From Myxococcales bacterium (lineage in GTDB: Bacteria; Myxococcota_A; Polyangia; Polyangiales; DASUME01): DNA of 64,000 nt. Positions 21,335 to 31,176 of the stretch are shown here, piece after piece. How positions within the stretch are numbered: position 1 is the stretch's first letter; each line of letters opens with the position of its first letter. The stretch lies in the NCBI GenBank assembly GCA_047601445.1, contig JASGJH010000001.1, positions 4,032,001-4,096,000 of the forward strand. The letters run 5' to 3'. The position numbers and the translations under genes are program-made. Below the pieces are notes generated by a model that saw only the letters and a program-made list of their open reading frames with translations, was not told where the DNA came from and did not search any database.

Positions 21335-23119
21335 TTAGTCGAGAGTGGCTGGCGTGACGAGGGTACTTCCCGGCTGGGGCGGAGCCACGAGGTGGTACCG
21401 ATGATCGTGGAAAAGCAGGAAGCGATAGCTCGCGTCCTCGAGGGCACGGGCGAACCGAAACTCGGCCTCGCGCACGGCGCCGTCAGGCGTGACCGCGCGC
21501 ACCGTGACCTGGAGCTCGCGTAGCTCGACGCGCAGGCCGGGGACGAGCGGCCGCTCGGAGCGCGAGCCGCGGTCGAGGCGTTGCATCACAAACACGGGCG
21601 ACAGGATCGGCGCATCGAGCGCGTGCCCTGGCCATGTGCCAGGCAGCTGAAGAAAGCCCGTCGTGGCACGAACCGAGAGCGTGCGCGAATCCAGGCGGCG
21701 ATACGTGAGCGACGTGCATCCGGAGGCGAGCGTGTGCACCAAGCGCGGCAGGGGCCCAGCGTCCAGCCGTCGCATGGGGAGAAGCTGGGCGGGCAGGAAA
21801 CTGCTGGGCGGATTGAAGAAGAAGAGTGTTCGTCCGGCAACCTCGCCCCGCGCTAGATCCTCGGTGAAGGCGTCGTGGGTGAGGGCTCGATACTGGAAGA
21901 GCGAGGCCGCATAGGCGGGGAAGAGCACGAGCGAGACCGCGAGCTTGGCTCGCAGGCCCCAGCGCCAGAGGCGGGCCCTACGGGCTCCGGCACGCAAGCC
22001 GGCATCGAACACGAGAGCGATGCAAGCGCACGCGCCCACGTTGGCGACGATGAGCAGGCGGTCATGGGGCACCGTCGAGCAGACGGGAAACAGCGCGAGG
22101 AGGCCGGCGAGGAGGCCGAAGCGCGCGCGGGCGTCATGGCGGAGGACTCGCACGGTGGGCGCCGCGAGACACGTGGCGAGGAGTGCGGCGAGGATGGCGA
22201 AGGCCCAGCGGGCCCGGTTCGAAAGCATGATGGTCATGCTGGTGACGGGTAATCCCCACTGGCCAAACCACAGGATGGGAAAGTTGGTGACGAGTGTGCG
22301 CGCGAAGGTGAGCGGGCTTTCGCGGGCGTCCACGTAGAGCATGGAGCGCGCCGTGCCTAGCCCGAGCCCCTGGTAGAGCGCGAGCCAGAGCAGGCAGATC
22401 ACGCACGCCGGCAGCAACGCGAGGAGCCGCGAGCGCAGACGGGTGGTGTCGAGGCACAACGTGTAGGCCACCAGGAGCGCCATCGACGAGAGACCGATTT
22501 CGCCGGACGCGAGACTCAGGAGCAGCGCCACGCAGGCGAGCAGCTGCAGGGGCAGCGAGTGCTCACGACAGCCACGGTCGTGGGCCAGGAGCGAACACAC
22601 ACCGAACAAGGCAGCCAGGCATGCGTTGCGGTTGGAGATCCAGCTCGCGGCGAAGGCGTGACCAGGCGCGAACACGTAGAGCACGAAGGCGATGCCGAGC
22701 GCGCGTGGTGATGCCTTGAGGAGCCGTGCGTACCAGGCGCCCACGGCCAAGTTGAGCGCGAACAGCACGAGCACGCTTTCCAGGTGCATCAGCCAGGGCG
22801 CGTCGCGCAACAGCCAAAAATCCAGCAAATGAGTCAGCGCCGTGAGCGGACGCAGGAAATGGATCTTGAAGGCGTCCTCGGTCCACCAGGGCCACATGCC
22901 GTCTGTGCGCAGTTCCGGCGCCTGGCCGGCCTTGGCCCACGCGAAGGCGTCGAGCAGCCCTTGCCAGCGTGGCTCTCCGGCGGCGCCGATGACCCGGCTG
23001 CCGATCACGTGGTCATCCAACACCCAACCGCTGAAAAGGGCGGGCGCACAAAGCAGGCAGGCCGCCGCCGCCAGCCAGGCGCGACGCTGGGGATGAGCCA
23101 AGCTGAGCAAGAAGCGCAT
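21335..23119 (-). CDS. Polytopic membrane protein, GT-C glycosyltransferase-like
   Basis: About 10 TM segments. The first loop has DD (WVLDDH) and FLRPL; later W.S.RN and SGE motifs resemble TMTC/PMT-like GT-C folds. Confidence 0.55.
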   Translation of the reverse strand: MRFLLSLAHPQRRAWLAAAACLLCAPALFSGWVLDDHVIGSRVIGAAGEPRWQGLLDAFAWAKAGQAPELRTDGMWPWWTEDAFKIHFLRPLTALTHLLDFWLLRDAPWLMHLESVLVLFALNLAVGAWYARLLKASPRALGIAFVLYVFAPGHAFAASWISNRNACLAALFGVCSLLAHDRGCREHSLPLQLLACVALLLSLASGEIGLSSMALLVAYTLCLDTTRLRSRLLALLPACVICLLWLALYQGLGLGTARSMLYVDARESPLTFARTLVTNFPILWFGQWGLPVTSMTIMLSNRARWAFAILAALLATCLAAPTVRVLRHDARARFGLLAGLLALFPVCSTVPHDRLLIVANVGACACIALVFDAGLRAGARRARLWRWGLRAKLAVSLVLFPAYAASLFQYRALTHDAFTEDLARGEVAGRTLFFFNPPSSFLPAQLLPMRRLDAGPLPRLVHTLASGCTSLTYRRLDSRTLSVRATTGFLQLPGTWPGHALDAPILSPVFVMQRLDRGSRSERPLVPGLRVELRELQVTVRAVTPDGAVREAEFRFARALEDASYRFLLFHDHRYHLVAPPQPGSTLVTPATLD

Positions 23120-23167
23120 GCCTGGGTCTTAGGCGGGACACCTGGCGACGAGCAGGATTAAAACCGG

Positions 23168-24172
23168 TCACTCATCCCGCGTAGCTGGGGACGCGCGCTT
23201 GCGTCGCAGCGCATTGCGCAGCGCTCCCGCATTGGCGAAGCCCAGGAGTCGGGCTCGTTCACGCAGCGAGAAGGCGCGCGCACCAGCCACCTCTACCACC
23301 CCGTCCAGCAGGGCCGATTCCCGCTCCCGCGCCCGCTCCACCACGCCGCGGAACGAGTCCCCGAATTCGGCAAGACGCCTGCGCAGGGTGCGCTCGCTGA
23401 TGCCGAGAGCTTGGGCCACCGACTTGGCGGCGGCCCCCTGAGCGAGCCGCTCGACCACGCGATCCTCCACGGACACACTCGCTTCGCGCAGCGCGCGCAC
23501 CTGCTCGCGAGCGGTATCGAGCAATTGCTGGAAGCGCTCCGGCGCGGCCGAGGGCAGCGGCTCTTCCCATAGCGACCTGGGGAGCTCCAGCCCGAACTCG
23601 GCTTGCCCGAAGTGGAGCGCGCCAGTCCCCAACATCTCCCGGTGCATCGCCGTGGAACGCGGACGCGGATAGGAGAAGAACGCCGCCGTGGGCTCGAGCG
23701 CCGGACGCTGCAAGACCCCGCGCCAGCTTTTCACCTGCATGGCGGCACGGAAGTCCTCTTCGGCGCGGTCCACACGGCGCATGCCTCCTCGCCCGTACCA
23801 CACGCGGACGCTGGTGGCGTCGAGCTCGAGGCGCTGCGGCATGCAGTCGAGCAAGAGCGCTCCCAGCTCGGAATAGTGCGCATGAATGGCAGCCAAGTTG
23901 GGCGCCGCGCAGTAGAGCGTCCACAGCGACCCGACGCCGTCGGCGGGCACGCCCACGGCCAGGCGAAAGCCGTGATCTTCGCTGCCCGTCATGCGTCGCC
24001 CCACGGCCCACACCAGCTGCCGCGCGTCCGGGCTCATCGCGGTGAGCGGATAGCGCTCGGCCCAGCGAGGGATCGGCGCGAGCTCCGCGGCCGCACGCAG
24101 CAGGTGCGGTATCAAGGCGCGCGCCGGCTCCGGTGGTTCGACGGCTGCGCCGAGCAAGCCATGGAGCGTCAT
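23168..24172 (-). CDS. AraC family regulator (Arabinose_bd_2-type N-domain)
   Basis: VAQALGISERTLRRRLAEFGDSFRGVVE..R and LLGFANAGAL; N-domain F.Y.RP...H and FGQ...L.LP. Confidence 0.85.
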   Translation of the reverse strand: MTLHGLLGAAVEPPEPARALIPHLLRAAAELAPIPRWAERYPLTAMSPDARQLVWAVGRRMTGSEDHGFRLAVGVPADGVGSLWTLYCAAPNLAAIHAHYSELGALLLDCMPQRLELDATSVRVWYGRGGMRRVDRAEEDFRAAMQVKSWRGVLQRPALEPTAAFFSYPRPRSTAMHREMLGTGALHFGQAEFGLELPRSLWEEPLPSAAPERFQQLLDTAREQVRALREASVSVEDRVVERLAQGAAAKSVAQALGISERTLRRRLAEFGDSFRGVVERARERESALLDGVVEVAGARAFSLRERARLLGFANAGALRNALRRKRASPATRDE

Positions 24173-24225
24173 GGGCCTTGTCTTGGCACATCTGGCAGCC
24201 GGGAGCCCGAAAGACCGCGAAGCGC

Positions 24226-25803
24226 TCAGTGGCTCAGCTTCGTCAGGACCAGCTCCTGCGTCAGTGAGGTCTCGTCGATGCGCTCGAAGCTGAGCACCAC
24301 GGGGTGATTTTGCGCGTCCACGCCCAGGCCGGCTTCGATCGACTCCAGGCGGTCGGGCGCGAACGAGTCGATACGAATGAGCTGGCCCTTGGTGTCGAAG
24401 CTGCCCGTCACGAGATGTCGCTTGCCGTCGCCGCCCGGAAAGGTCTTGCCACCATATTCGAGTGGGTCCTGGTGATCGGCCAAGAAGTACACGCGTCCAT
24501 TCGGGGCGGCGCGCACGTAGTTCGGGTCGACGCTCGCGGTGCCGGGCGCGACCGCACGCCATGCGAGCTCTCCCTGCGTGGTCCGATCTTCGATGGTGAG
24601 CGTGCCGCTGCTGTCGGGTGAGTCGTAGGCCACGACGAAATGGCCAGGGCGTCCGCGGATGATCACCGAAGAATTCTCGTTCACACCGGCGAGGCCTTGG
24701 CTGAGCATACGGTCCCAGCGATAGGCGCCCTGGCCGTCGAGCAACACCAGGTTCTCGCCCTGGGTGCCGTCGGCGTCAGCCGTCTTGCCACCGACGCCGT
24801 AGGCCTTGAAGACTTCGCCTTCGAGGGCGAACTCACCGGTCGCGCTGGTGGCGACACGCCGTGCGCTCTCGAGCTCCGGCACCTCCTCGGAGGCGAGCAG
24901 ACGGCCCGAGGTGTCGTAGCGCATCACGTACGACGCAGGTGCGATAGGCCAGAAGCTGTCCTTGTCGCGCTTCACGCCGGTCATGATCACCTGGCCGTTG
25001 GGCGCGACGGCGACGGCTCCGAGCTCGCCGATCTCGTCGCGATAGTCCGCCCCCACGTAGGTCCGCCAGAGGTCCCGGCCGTCGGCGCTCAGGCGCTGCA
25101 GGTAGTGCCACGACTCATCCACGAACCAGTCGGCCGTGTAGATGTCTGGGCGCTGGGAGACGAGCAGCGTGACCTCGTCGGAGTCGAACTGCTGGGCCAC
25201 GGCCGCACCCGGGTAGCCAGAGGACGTGAGAGCGCGACTCCACAGCACCTTGCACTGGCTGTCGAGCTTGACGACGAAGGCCATGAACTGATCGTTGCTC
25301 TGGCTGGTCATGGATCCGCCATCCCAGCTCAGCGTGCCGCGGAAAGTGCCGGTGACCACTGTGTTGCCGTGCGCGTCGTTGCTGACGGCCTGGTTGCCGT
25401 GCCCGAAGAACCAACCCGACGCCCCGGCGGCATCGGAGCGAAAGTGCTGCGTGCACAGCACGGTCGGCGCTGCACTGGAGGGAGCATCGTCGCCACCAGC
25501 ATCCGATTCGCCCTGGTCACCCGCGTCCGCATTCGAGTCCCCAGCGCGCGGTGCGCCAGCGTCCGCGCGATCGCCATGGCCCCCGCAGTCGCCTAGCTCG
25601 AACTCCCCGACGCCCCGGCATGGGGAGCCATCGGCCCCCTCGGCCTCGGCGTCGTCGGGCAGCTCGGAGTCTGAGTCGTGATCGCCCGTGACGGGCGCGG
25701 TCCCCTCGTTCACGGCGAGGTCCGGCGTGCAGGCTGAGCTCACCAAGGTGAAGCCGAGAGCGAGCCGCGCGCCATGGCGGCATGTACGGGGGGAGCGAGT
25801 CAT
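24226..25803 (-). CDS. Lipoprotein with acidic linker and beta-propeller (SBBP-like) repeats
   Basis: Lipobox SSAC; D..GN.VVTG.F.G, AFVVKLDS.C..LW, YD.SG.LL and LD..G...W repeats. Confidence 0.72.
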   Translation of the reverse strand: MTRSPRTCRHGARLALGFTLVSSACTPDLAVNEGTAPVTGDHDSDSELPDDAEAEGADGSPCRGVGEFELGDCGGHGDRADAGAPRAGDSNADAGDQGESDAGGDDAPSSAAPTVLCTQHFRSDAAGASGWFFGHGNQAVSNDAHGNTVVTGTFRGTLSWDGGSMTSQSNDQFMAFVVKLDSQCKVLWSRALTSSGYPGAAVAQQFDSDEVTLLVSQRPDIYTADWFVDESWHYLQRLSADGRDLWRTYVGADYRDEIGELGAVAVAPNGQVIMTGVKRDKDSFWPIAPASYVMRYDTSGRLLASEEVPELESARRVATSATGEFALEGEVFKAYGVGGKTADADGTQGENLVLLDGQGAYRWDRMLSQGLAGVNENSSVIIRGRPGHFVVAYDSPDSSGTLTIEDRTTQGELAWRAVAPGTASVDPNYVRAAPNGRVYFLADHQDPLEYGGKTFPGGDGKRHLVTGSFDTKGQLIRIDSFAPDRLESIEAGLGVDAQNHPVVLSFERIDETSLTQELVLTKLSH

Positions 25804-26108
25804 GGTCGTTCTCAAGCCAAGAGAGTCGAGCGAGTCGAGTCTCTTCGTAATACGGGCTGCGCCCGCAAGGGAGCGAGCGCACGAGCGCGTTCACTGATCA
25901 CTATGAAAACGCGAGCGGCGCCGGGTGAGCCGGGCGGTGTTGACCTGGTCACAATTCGACCAAAATCGACATCGTGGCAGGCCATCTCGCAGGTCTTTGG
26001 CGACGCCGAGTCGGGTGGCCCCGCCCTGACAACGCTGCCCGCCAAGTGTGGTCGCATGTGTCATTTAAGATGGTCCGAGTATCAGTCGGATAACTGCCAT
26101 GGTACGCC

Positions 26109-26687
26109 ATGCCCTTCACTTCCAATATTCCGTCGATTCGCTCCGCCGCTCTTGTAAAGCTCCTGACAACCGGCCTGGTCGCCTGCCTGGTCTTGCTCGG
26201 CGCCGGTTCTGGTTGTGGTGATGACCCTGTCGCCCCCGGCAGCTCCGTGTCGACCCCTGGTGATGGGGATGGCGACGGTGACGGTGATGGAGACGGCGAT
26301 GGGGACGGTGATGGAGACGGCGACGGTGATGGAGACGGCGACGGCGACGGCGATGGCGACACCACCGTTGGCGATGGCGACGGCGACACGACCGTTGGCG
26401 ACGGCGATGGTGATGGCGATGGCGACACCACCGGCAGTTCCAGCAAGCCGCCCAAGGCGGACGCGGGCACGGGCGGCCTGGACCTCGGCAGCCTCTTCCC
26501 CTCGAGCCCGACGCCCGACGCAGGCACGCCCGCGCCCTCGGGTCCGAAAGACCCCAGCGCCCCCTGCAAGGACCTGAAGCTGCTCTGCTTCGATCCTTTC
26601 GACATGTTCCTCTTCAACCCGAGCGACTGCTTCACCTGCAACGGTGGCAAGGGTTGCATGGGTTGCGCCTTCCCCTTCGCTTACTGA
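26109..26687 (+). CDS. Lipoprotein with Gly-Asp repeat stalk and 6-Cys C-terminal mini-domain
   Basis: Lipobox GSGC; a (GD)n tract; terminal C..L...C..PF....NP..C..C....C..C. Confidence 0.82.
   Translation: MPFTSNIPSIRSAALVKLLTTGLVACLVLLGAGSGCGDDPVAPGSSVSTPGDGDGDGDGDGDGDGDGDGDGDGDGDGDGDGDGDTTVGDGDGDTTVGDGDGDGDGDTTGSSSKPPKADAGTGGLDLGSLFPSSPTPDAGTPAPSGPKDPSAPCKDLKLLCFDPFDMFLFNPSDCFTCNGGKGCMGCAFPFAY
26259..26426 (+). repeat. Coding (Gly-Asp)n hexanucleotide repeat
   Basis: GGNGAY units with synonymous variation, interrupted twice by TTV. Confidence 0.95.
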
Positions 26688-26848
26688 GCCGTCCGAGCGC
26701 GTTCGTTCGCGCTGACGCTGTAGCGCCGCCTGTCGCGTTGAAGGTGTAACCGCACCTGTCGCACTGGCGGCGGCCAAGTATCGACCGCCCACGGCCACCA
26801 CGATGTTCTCTGTGGTCAGGGCCCACGGGACCGCGGCATGAAGCGTTC

Positions 26849-28561
26849 ATGACGCAGGATCCTAACGACTTACTTGGTCGACGATTGCTAGGGCAGCGAA
26901 TCCTCGGCGCGGCGGCTCTTCTCGGTCTTCGAAGCATCGGCGGCGGTGCTTTCGCTTCTGCCGTGCTCGCCGGGTGCGGGCCCGATGGCGCCGATCCCTC
27001 CTTGGGCTCAGACGCGGCTGCGGGACCCAGCTTCGCCCCTGGCGCGGACTCCGTCGCCGTACCGCTCACGTACGTCGATGCCGAAACCGTCGTCATCGGC
27101 ACCGGCTACGGCGGAGCAGTCGTCGCCAAGCGCCTGGCTGAAAAAGGCGCCTCGGTGCTCATGCTCGAGATGGGGCGTCTTTGGAACCAGCCCGGGCCCG
27201 ACGGCAAGGTGTTCTGCAGCGTGAATGGTCCGGACGGTCGCGCCATGTGGTTCCGCGACAAGCTCGTGCTCGGCGGTTTGATGCCCCTCGACATCAACGT
27301 CCCCGTGTCCCGCCAGGCCGGCATTCTCGATGTCGTGCAGTCGCCCAACATGAACGTGTACTGCGGCCGCGGGGTGGGCGGCGGGTCGCTCGTGAACATG
27401 GCGATGCTGGTGACGCCGCCGCGGGACGTGCTCGAGCGCGCGATGCCCAGGGTGAACGCCGCCGCGATGCTGTCGACCTACTATCCGCGCGCGCTCAACA
27501 TCCTGCGTGGCAACACCGTGCGAAAGGCGTTTTGGGACAGCACGCCCTGGTATCAGTACAGCCGCGTGGCCTACGCTGCCTCCAAGGCAGCGGGCTTCAA
27601 GTCCGAATATCTCACCTCGGGCTATGACTACGCGTACATGGAGAAGGAGGCGGCGGGAAAGGCCCCGGCCTCCGCGTTGGCGTCCGAAGCCGGCTTCGGC
27701 AACAACTACGGCAAGCAGAGCGTGGACAAGAACTATCTCGCCGACGCGCTCGCTACGGGCCGCGTCACCATCGAGAGCCTGCACATCGTACGGGAGATCA
27801 ACCGCGAGCCAGACGGCAAGTACGCCGTCTCGGTCAACGTGATCGACGTGGCCGGCAACCTGGTCGAGCGCAAGGAGATCTCGTGCACCCGCCTGTTCTT
27901 GTGCGGCGGCAGCATGGGCACGAGCCAGCTTCTGACGCGTGCGCGCGAGACGGGCACGCTCGAAAACCTCAGCGAGTCCATCGGAACCAAGTGGGGCCCC
28001 AACAGCGACATCTTCACCATGCGCGGCAATCAGCCCTGGAACCCCACGGGCGACAAGATCGCCACCGTGCCTGCTACCGGCTTCCGCACTGTGGACAAAC
28101 AGGGCAAGGCCATCTTCTCGATGGACATCCCTTACCCCATCGGCGTCGAGACCTTTATCAGCTTCAACATCGTGATGACGGAGAACCCCGAGGCCGGAAA
28201 GTTCGTGTACAACCCCATCACCGACACCGCGGATCTAGTTTGGCAAAAGGGCCAAAACGACCCGGCCGTCACGAGCGCTCGCTTCGTCTTCGACAAGCTG
28301 AACGCGACCAACTGGACCAGCTATCACCCGGAGATGTTCCGCGGCAAGGACCTGCTCGATGATACGACCTATCATCCGATCGGCGGCTGCCCGCTCGGCG
28401 AGGCCACCGACGACTACGGCCGAGTCGCAGGCTACGACAACCTCTACATCGCGGATGGATCGCTGATTCCGCAGAGCGTGGTCTCGAACCCAGCGCTGAC
28501 CGTGGCCGCCCTCGCCGAACGCAATATCGAGCGGATCTTGGCCGAGGACTACAAGCTCTAA
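26849..28561 (+). CDS. Cholesterol oxidase (class I GMC, ChoA-like), Tat-lipoprotein signal
   Basis: RRLL..LAGC signal; GTGYGGAV, GRGVGGGSLVN, YHPIGGCPLG..TDDYGRVAGY.NLY..DGSLIP and NP.LTV.ALAERNIERI match Streptomyces ChoA-type enzymes. Confidence 0.88.
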   Translation: MTQDPNDLLGRRLLGQRILGAAALLGLRSIGGGAFASAVLAGCGPDGADPSLGSDAAAGPSFAPGADSVAVPLTYVDAETVVIGTGYGGAVVAKRLAEKGASVLMLEMGRLWNQPGPDGKVFCSVNGPDGRAMWFRDKLVLGGLMPLDINVPVSRQAGILDVVQSPNMNVYCGRGVGGGSLVNMAMLVTPPRDVLERAMPRVNAAAMLSTYYPRALNILRGNTVRKAFWDSTPWYQYSRVAYAASKAAGFKSEYLTSGYDYAYMEKEAAGKAPASALASEAGFGNNYGKQSVDKNYLADALATGRVTIESLHIVREINREPDGKYAVSVNVIDVAGNLVERKEISCTRLFLCGGSMGTSQLLTRARETGTLENLSESIGTKWGPNSDIFTMRGNQPWNPTGDKIATVPATGFRTVDKQGKAIFSMDIPYPIGVETFISFNIVMTENPEAGKFVYNPITDTADLVWQKGQNDPAVTSARFVFDKLNATNWTSYHPEMFRGKDLLDDTTYHPIGGCPLGEATDDYGRVAGYDNLYIADGSLIPQSVVSNPALTVAALAERNIERILAEDYKL

Positions 28562-28584
28562 GCACGCGCTACCATGTGCTCCCG

Positions 28585-29023
28585 ATGAGCGCCTCCGAAC
28601 TCTCCCTCGCCGACCAGAAAGAGATCCGCTTCCTCACCATGGCGGCGTCGCTCGTGACCCTCGGCATGCTGCAGCTCTTGATCCATTCCGACGCAGAGAT
28701 GACCGCCAAGTTGCATCGCGCGCTGGGTCCCGCGCCCCATGGCGTCGCAGTCACGACCTACATCCCGCTGTTCGCGACGCTGATTCTGGCTGCCCACGCC
28801 GTTCTTCGTACGTCATCTCGTCATCCTCAATCGCCTGAGCCCGCCCAAGATTGGCGGACTCGGAGGGACCGGTCAGTTCCTGAGCTACCTGCGCTACCTC
28901 GCCTCGGTAGAGGGGGATTCGCCCATGGTCCGTCGAGCCAAGCGCGTGGGCTTTGTGGCCATCGGGTACTTCGTCGCGCTCGTCAGCTGGTGGGTCCACT
29001 GGACCAGCGCCCACCACATCTAG
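28585..29023 (+). pseudogene. Small membrane protein with +1 frameshift (or sequencing error)
   Basis: Frame 1 runs to ..PLFATLI. Removing one T at 28784-28785 continues WLPTPFFVRH..GYFVALVSWWVHWTSAHHI* with GC-rich third positions. Confidence 0.65.
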
Positions 29024-29025
29024 CT
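29010..29025 (+). repeat. 16-bp direct repeat, copy 1 (CCCACCACATCTAGCT)
   Basis: Identical to 31163-31178; contains the stop codon of the upstream gene. Confidence 0.85.
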
Positions 29026-29166
29026 TCGGCGGAGCCTGGAGAGCCCCTGTACATCGGCTGATCGCGGCCTGCGCGCCGGTTGTACATGCTCGCGCACCCA
29101 CCCAGGTAATTCCCGCATGGTTCCACGGCCCGCGCGCGTGGCATGGAACGTGAGTTAGGGCCCACT

Positions 29167-29880
29167 ATGGTCCCGCTCCTCATCCTCTGCGCCGCCCTAT
29201 TCATGATCACGGTGGAGCGCTTTCGGCCCGCTCGTCACTGGCCTCGCGTCAAGGGCTGGCTCGTGCGGGCCTGGGTCGTGAGCGCGCTGCAGGGTCTGGT
29301 CGTGCTCGCGTTCGGTGCATTTCTCGACGACTTCTTGCAGGGCCAGCACCTGTTCGTGCTGGCCCGCTCGGGCGCGCGCCTCTGGCCTTCCCTGATTGGC
29401 TACGTCGTCGTGACCTTCGTCTTCTACTGGTGGCACCGGGCCCGCCATCGCTCGGACGTCCTGTGGCGCTACCTGCATCAGTTTCACCACAGCCCGCAAC
29501 GTCTGGAGGCGATCACCGCATTCTACAAGCATCCCCTCGAGCTCGTGAGCAACAGCATGATCACGAGCCTCGTCTTGTACGTGCTGTGTGGACTCTCGCC
29601 TGCGCAAGCGGCGGGAACCCTCGCGCTGTGTGGATTGGGTGAGCTCTTCTATCACTGGAACGTGCGCACGCCGCGTTGGCTGGGTCTCTTCATTCAGCGT
29701 CCGGAGATGCATTGCGAACACCACCGTGAAGGCATCCACGCCTGCAACTACGGCGACCTCCCGGTGTGGGATCTGCTGTTCGGCTCCTATACGAACCCGG
29801 AGGTCTTCGACGGCCGCTGCGGCTTCGGGGACGACGAGCACCGCCTGCGTGAGCTGTTGCTGGCGCGAAAGGTGGCTTGA
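29167..29880 (+). CDS. Sterol desaturase/fatty acid hydroxylase family protein
   Basis: His boxes HRARH, HQFHHS, HWN and HCEHH; NYGDLPVWDLLFG. Confidence 0.92.
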   Translation: MVPLLILCAALFMITVERFRPARHWPRVKGWLVRAWVVSALQGLVVLAFGAFLDDFLQGQHLFVLARSGARLWPSLIGYVVVTFVFYWWHRARHRSDVLWRYLHQFHHSPQRLEAITAFYKHPLELVSNSMITSLVLYVLCGLSPAQAAGTLALCGLGELFYHWNVRTPRWLGLFIQRPEMHCEHHREGIHACNYGDLPVWDLLFGSYTNPEVFDGRCGFGDDEHRLRELLLARKVA

Positions 29881-29881
29881 G

Positions 29882-30370
29882 ATGAGTCGGCGCGCCTATG
29901 GGGCCTTGATGCTCCTCGCTTGCTTGCAGCTCGCGGCCCTCCTGGCCGGCCTGCCGCGCCTGAAGGGCATGGCCATGGCCAGCGTGGCCTCTCCCTTGCC
30001 AAGGGTCTTCACAGTGAACGACGGGTTGGAGTCCTTCTCCAGTCACTACGTGCTCGAGCTGCGCGACGCCGATGGCACGATCCGCAGTCTGGAGCTGACC
30101 CCTGAGCTCCAGGCACGAATGCGCGGTCCTTACAACCGTCGCAACGCCTACGGCGCGGTGTTCGCGTATGGCCCAGTGCTCGCAACCCAACCCCAAACGC
30201 GTGCCATGTTCTCGGCGGTGTCCCGACATGCCTTGTGCGGCGAGGCACCGCTCCTGCGCGAACTCGGCATCGATCTCTCGCGACTGCGCGGACCCCGCAC
30301 GCTGCACCAGCGGCCGCGCGCGGGCACCCAGACCGCGCTTCCACTCACCCAGGAGATCACATGCCCCTGA
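29882..30370 (+). CDS. Conserved hypothetical membrane-anchored protein
   Basis: Starts 1 bp after the desaturase; N-terminal TM; ASP.P.VF, GLE.F and GPYNRRNAYGA motifs. Confidence 0.78.
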   Translation: MSRRAYGALMLLACLQLAALLAGLPRLKGMAMASVASPLPRVFTVNDGLESFSSHYVLELRDADGTIRSLELTPELQARMRGPYNRRNAYGAVFAYGPVLATQPQTRAMFSAVSRHALCGEAPLLRELGIDLSRLRGPRTLHQRPRAGTQTALPLTQEITCP

Positions 30371-31176
30371 CGGCGCGCAGGCACTTCGAACTCGCGCGTG
30401 GCCTCCTCGGAACCTACGTGGCGCTGCACTTCGCCATGCTTTGGCCGTACTCGGACGAGCTCTTCTCCTCGCGCGGAATGCTCCCCAGTGCGGCGGCGAG
30501 CCCACTTTCGATGGCATTCCCCAACCTGCTCACCTGGTTCGACGCGCCGTGGATGGCTCGATTTCTGGTCGGTCTCGGCGCGCTGGCAGGCATCCTTCTG
30601 CTCAGCGAACGCAGCGCGCGCCCCGCAGCCCTCGTCGCTTACTACGTCTGGGCGTGCCTGTTCGGACGCAATCCCCTGATCGCCAATCCCAGCCTTCCCT
30701 ACGTAGGTCTCATGCTCCTGGTCGTGGCATGCGTCGACGTTCGCAGGCTGTCGGAAGCTGGCCCCGGGCGAACCCGCCATCTCCGAGTGCTCTGGGTCGC
30801 CATGTGCTTGGGCTATAGCTACAGTGGATTCACCAAGCTGCCGAGTCCCTCCTGGGCCGACGGGCAAGCGCTCCACTACGTACTCGTCAGTCCGCTCGCA
30901 CGCCCCTCGCACGTGCGTGCACTGCTCCTCACGCTACCCGACGGGCTGCTCCAGGCAGCCAGCTTCGGCACCCTGGCCCTCGAGTTGTGCTTCCTGCCGC
31001 TCGCGCTGTTCGAGCGAGCTCGACCGTGGCTGTGGTCTGCCATGCTCGCGCTGCACGTGGCCCTGATCGCCTGCGTGCAGTTCGCAGACCTCAGCATCGC
31101 CATGGTCCTCCTGCATGTGTTTGCGTTCGATCCGCGCTGGCTCGCTCGTGGTGACGCCTCGACCCACCACATCTAG
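30361..31176 (+). CDS. HTTM-domain membrane protein
   Basis: GGAG RBS; RNPLIANPSLPY.G, GYSYSG.TKL.SPSW.DG.AL, LEL.F and M..LH motifs. Confidence 0.82.
   Translation: MPLTARRHFELARGLLGTYVALHFAMLWPYSDELFSSRGMLPSAAASPLSMAFPNLLTWFDAPWMARFLVGLGALAGILLLSERSARPAALVAYYVWACLFGRNPLIANPSLPYVGLMLLVVACVDVRRLSEAGPGRTRHLRVLWVAMCLGYSYSGFTKLPSPSWADGQALHYVLVSPLARPSHVRALLLTLPDGLLQAASFGTLALELCFLPLALFERARPWLWSAMLALHVALIACVQFADLSIAMVLLHVFAFDPRWLARGDASTHHI

Noticed and set aside
25941..25951. Palindrome TGACCTGGTCA in the divergent region
   Set aside because: Too short and single-copy to support as an operator.
26259..26426. CRISPR array or phase-variable SSR
   Set aside because: In-frame 6-bp coding units with synonymous variation; no spacers and no cas genes.
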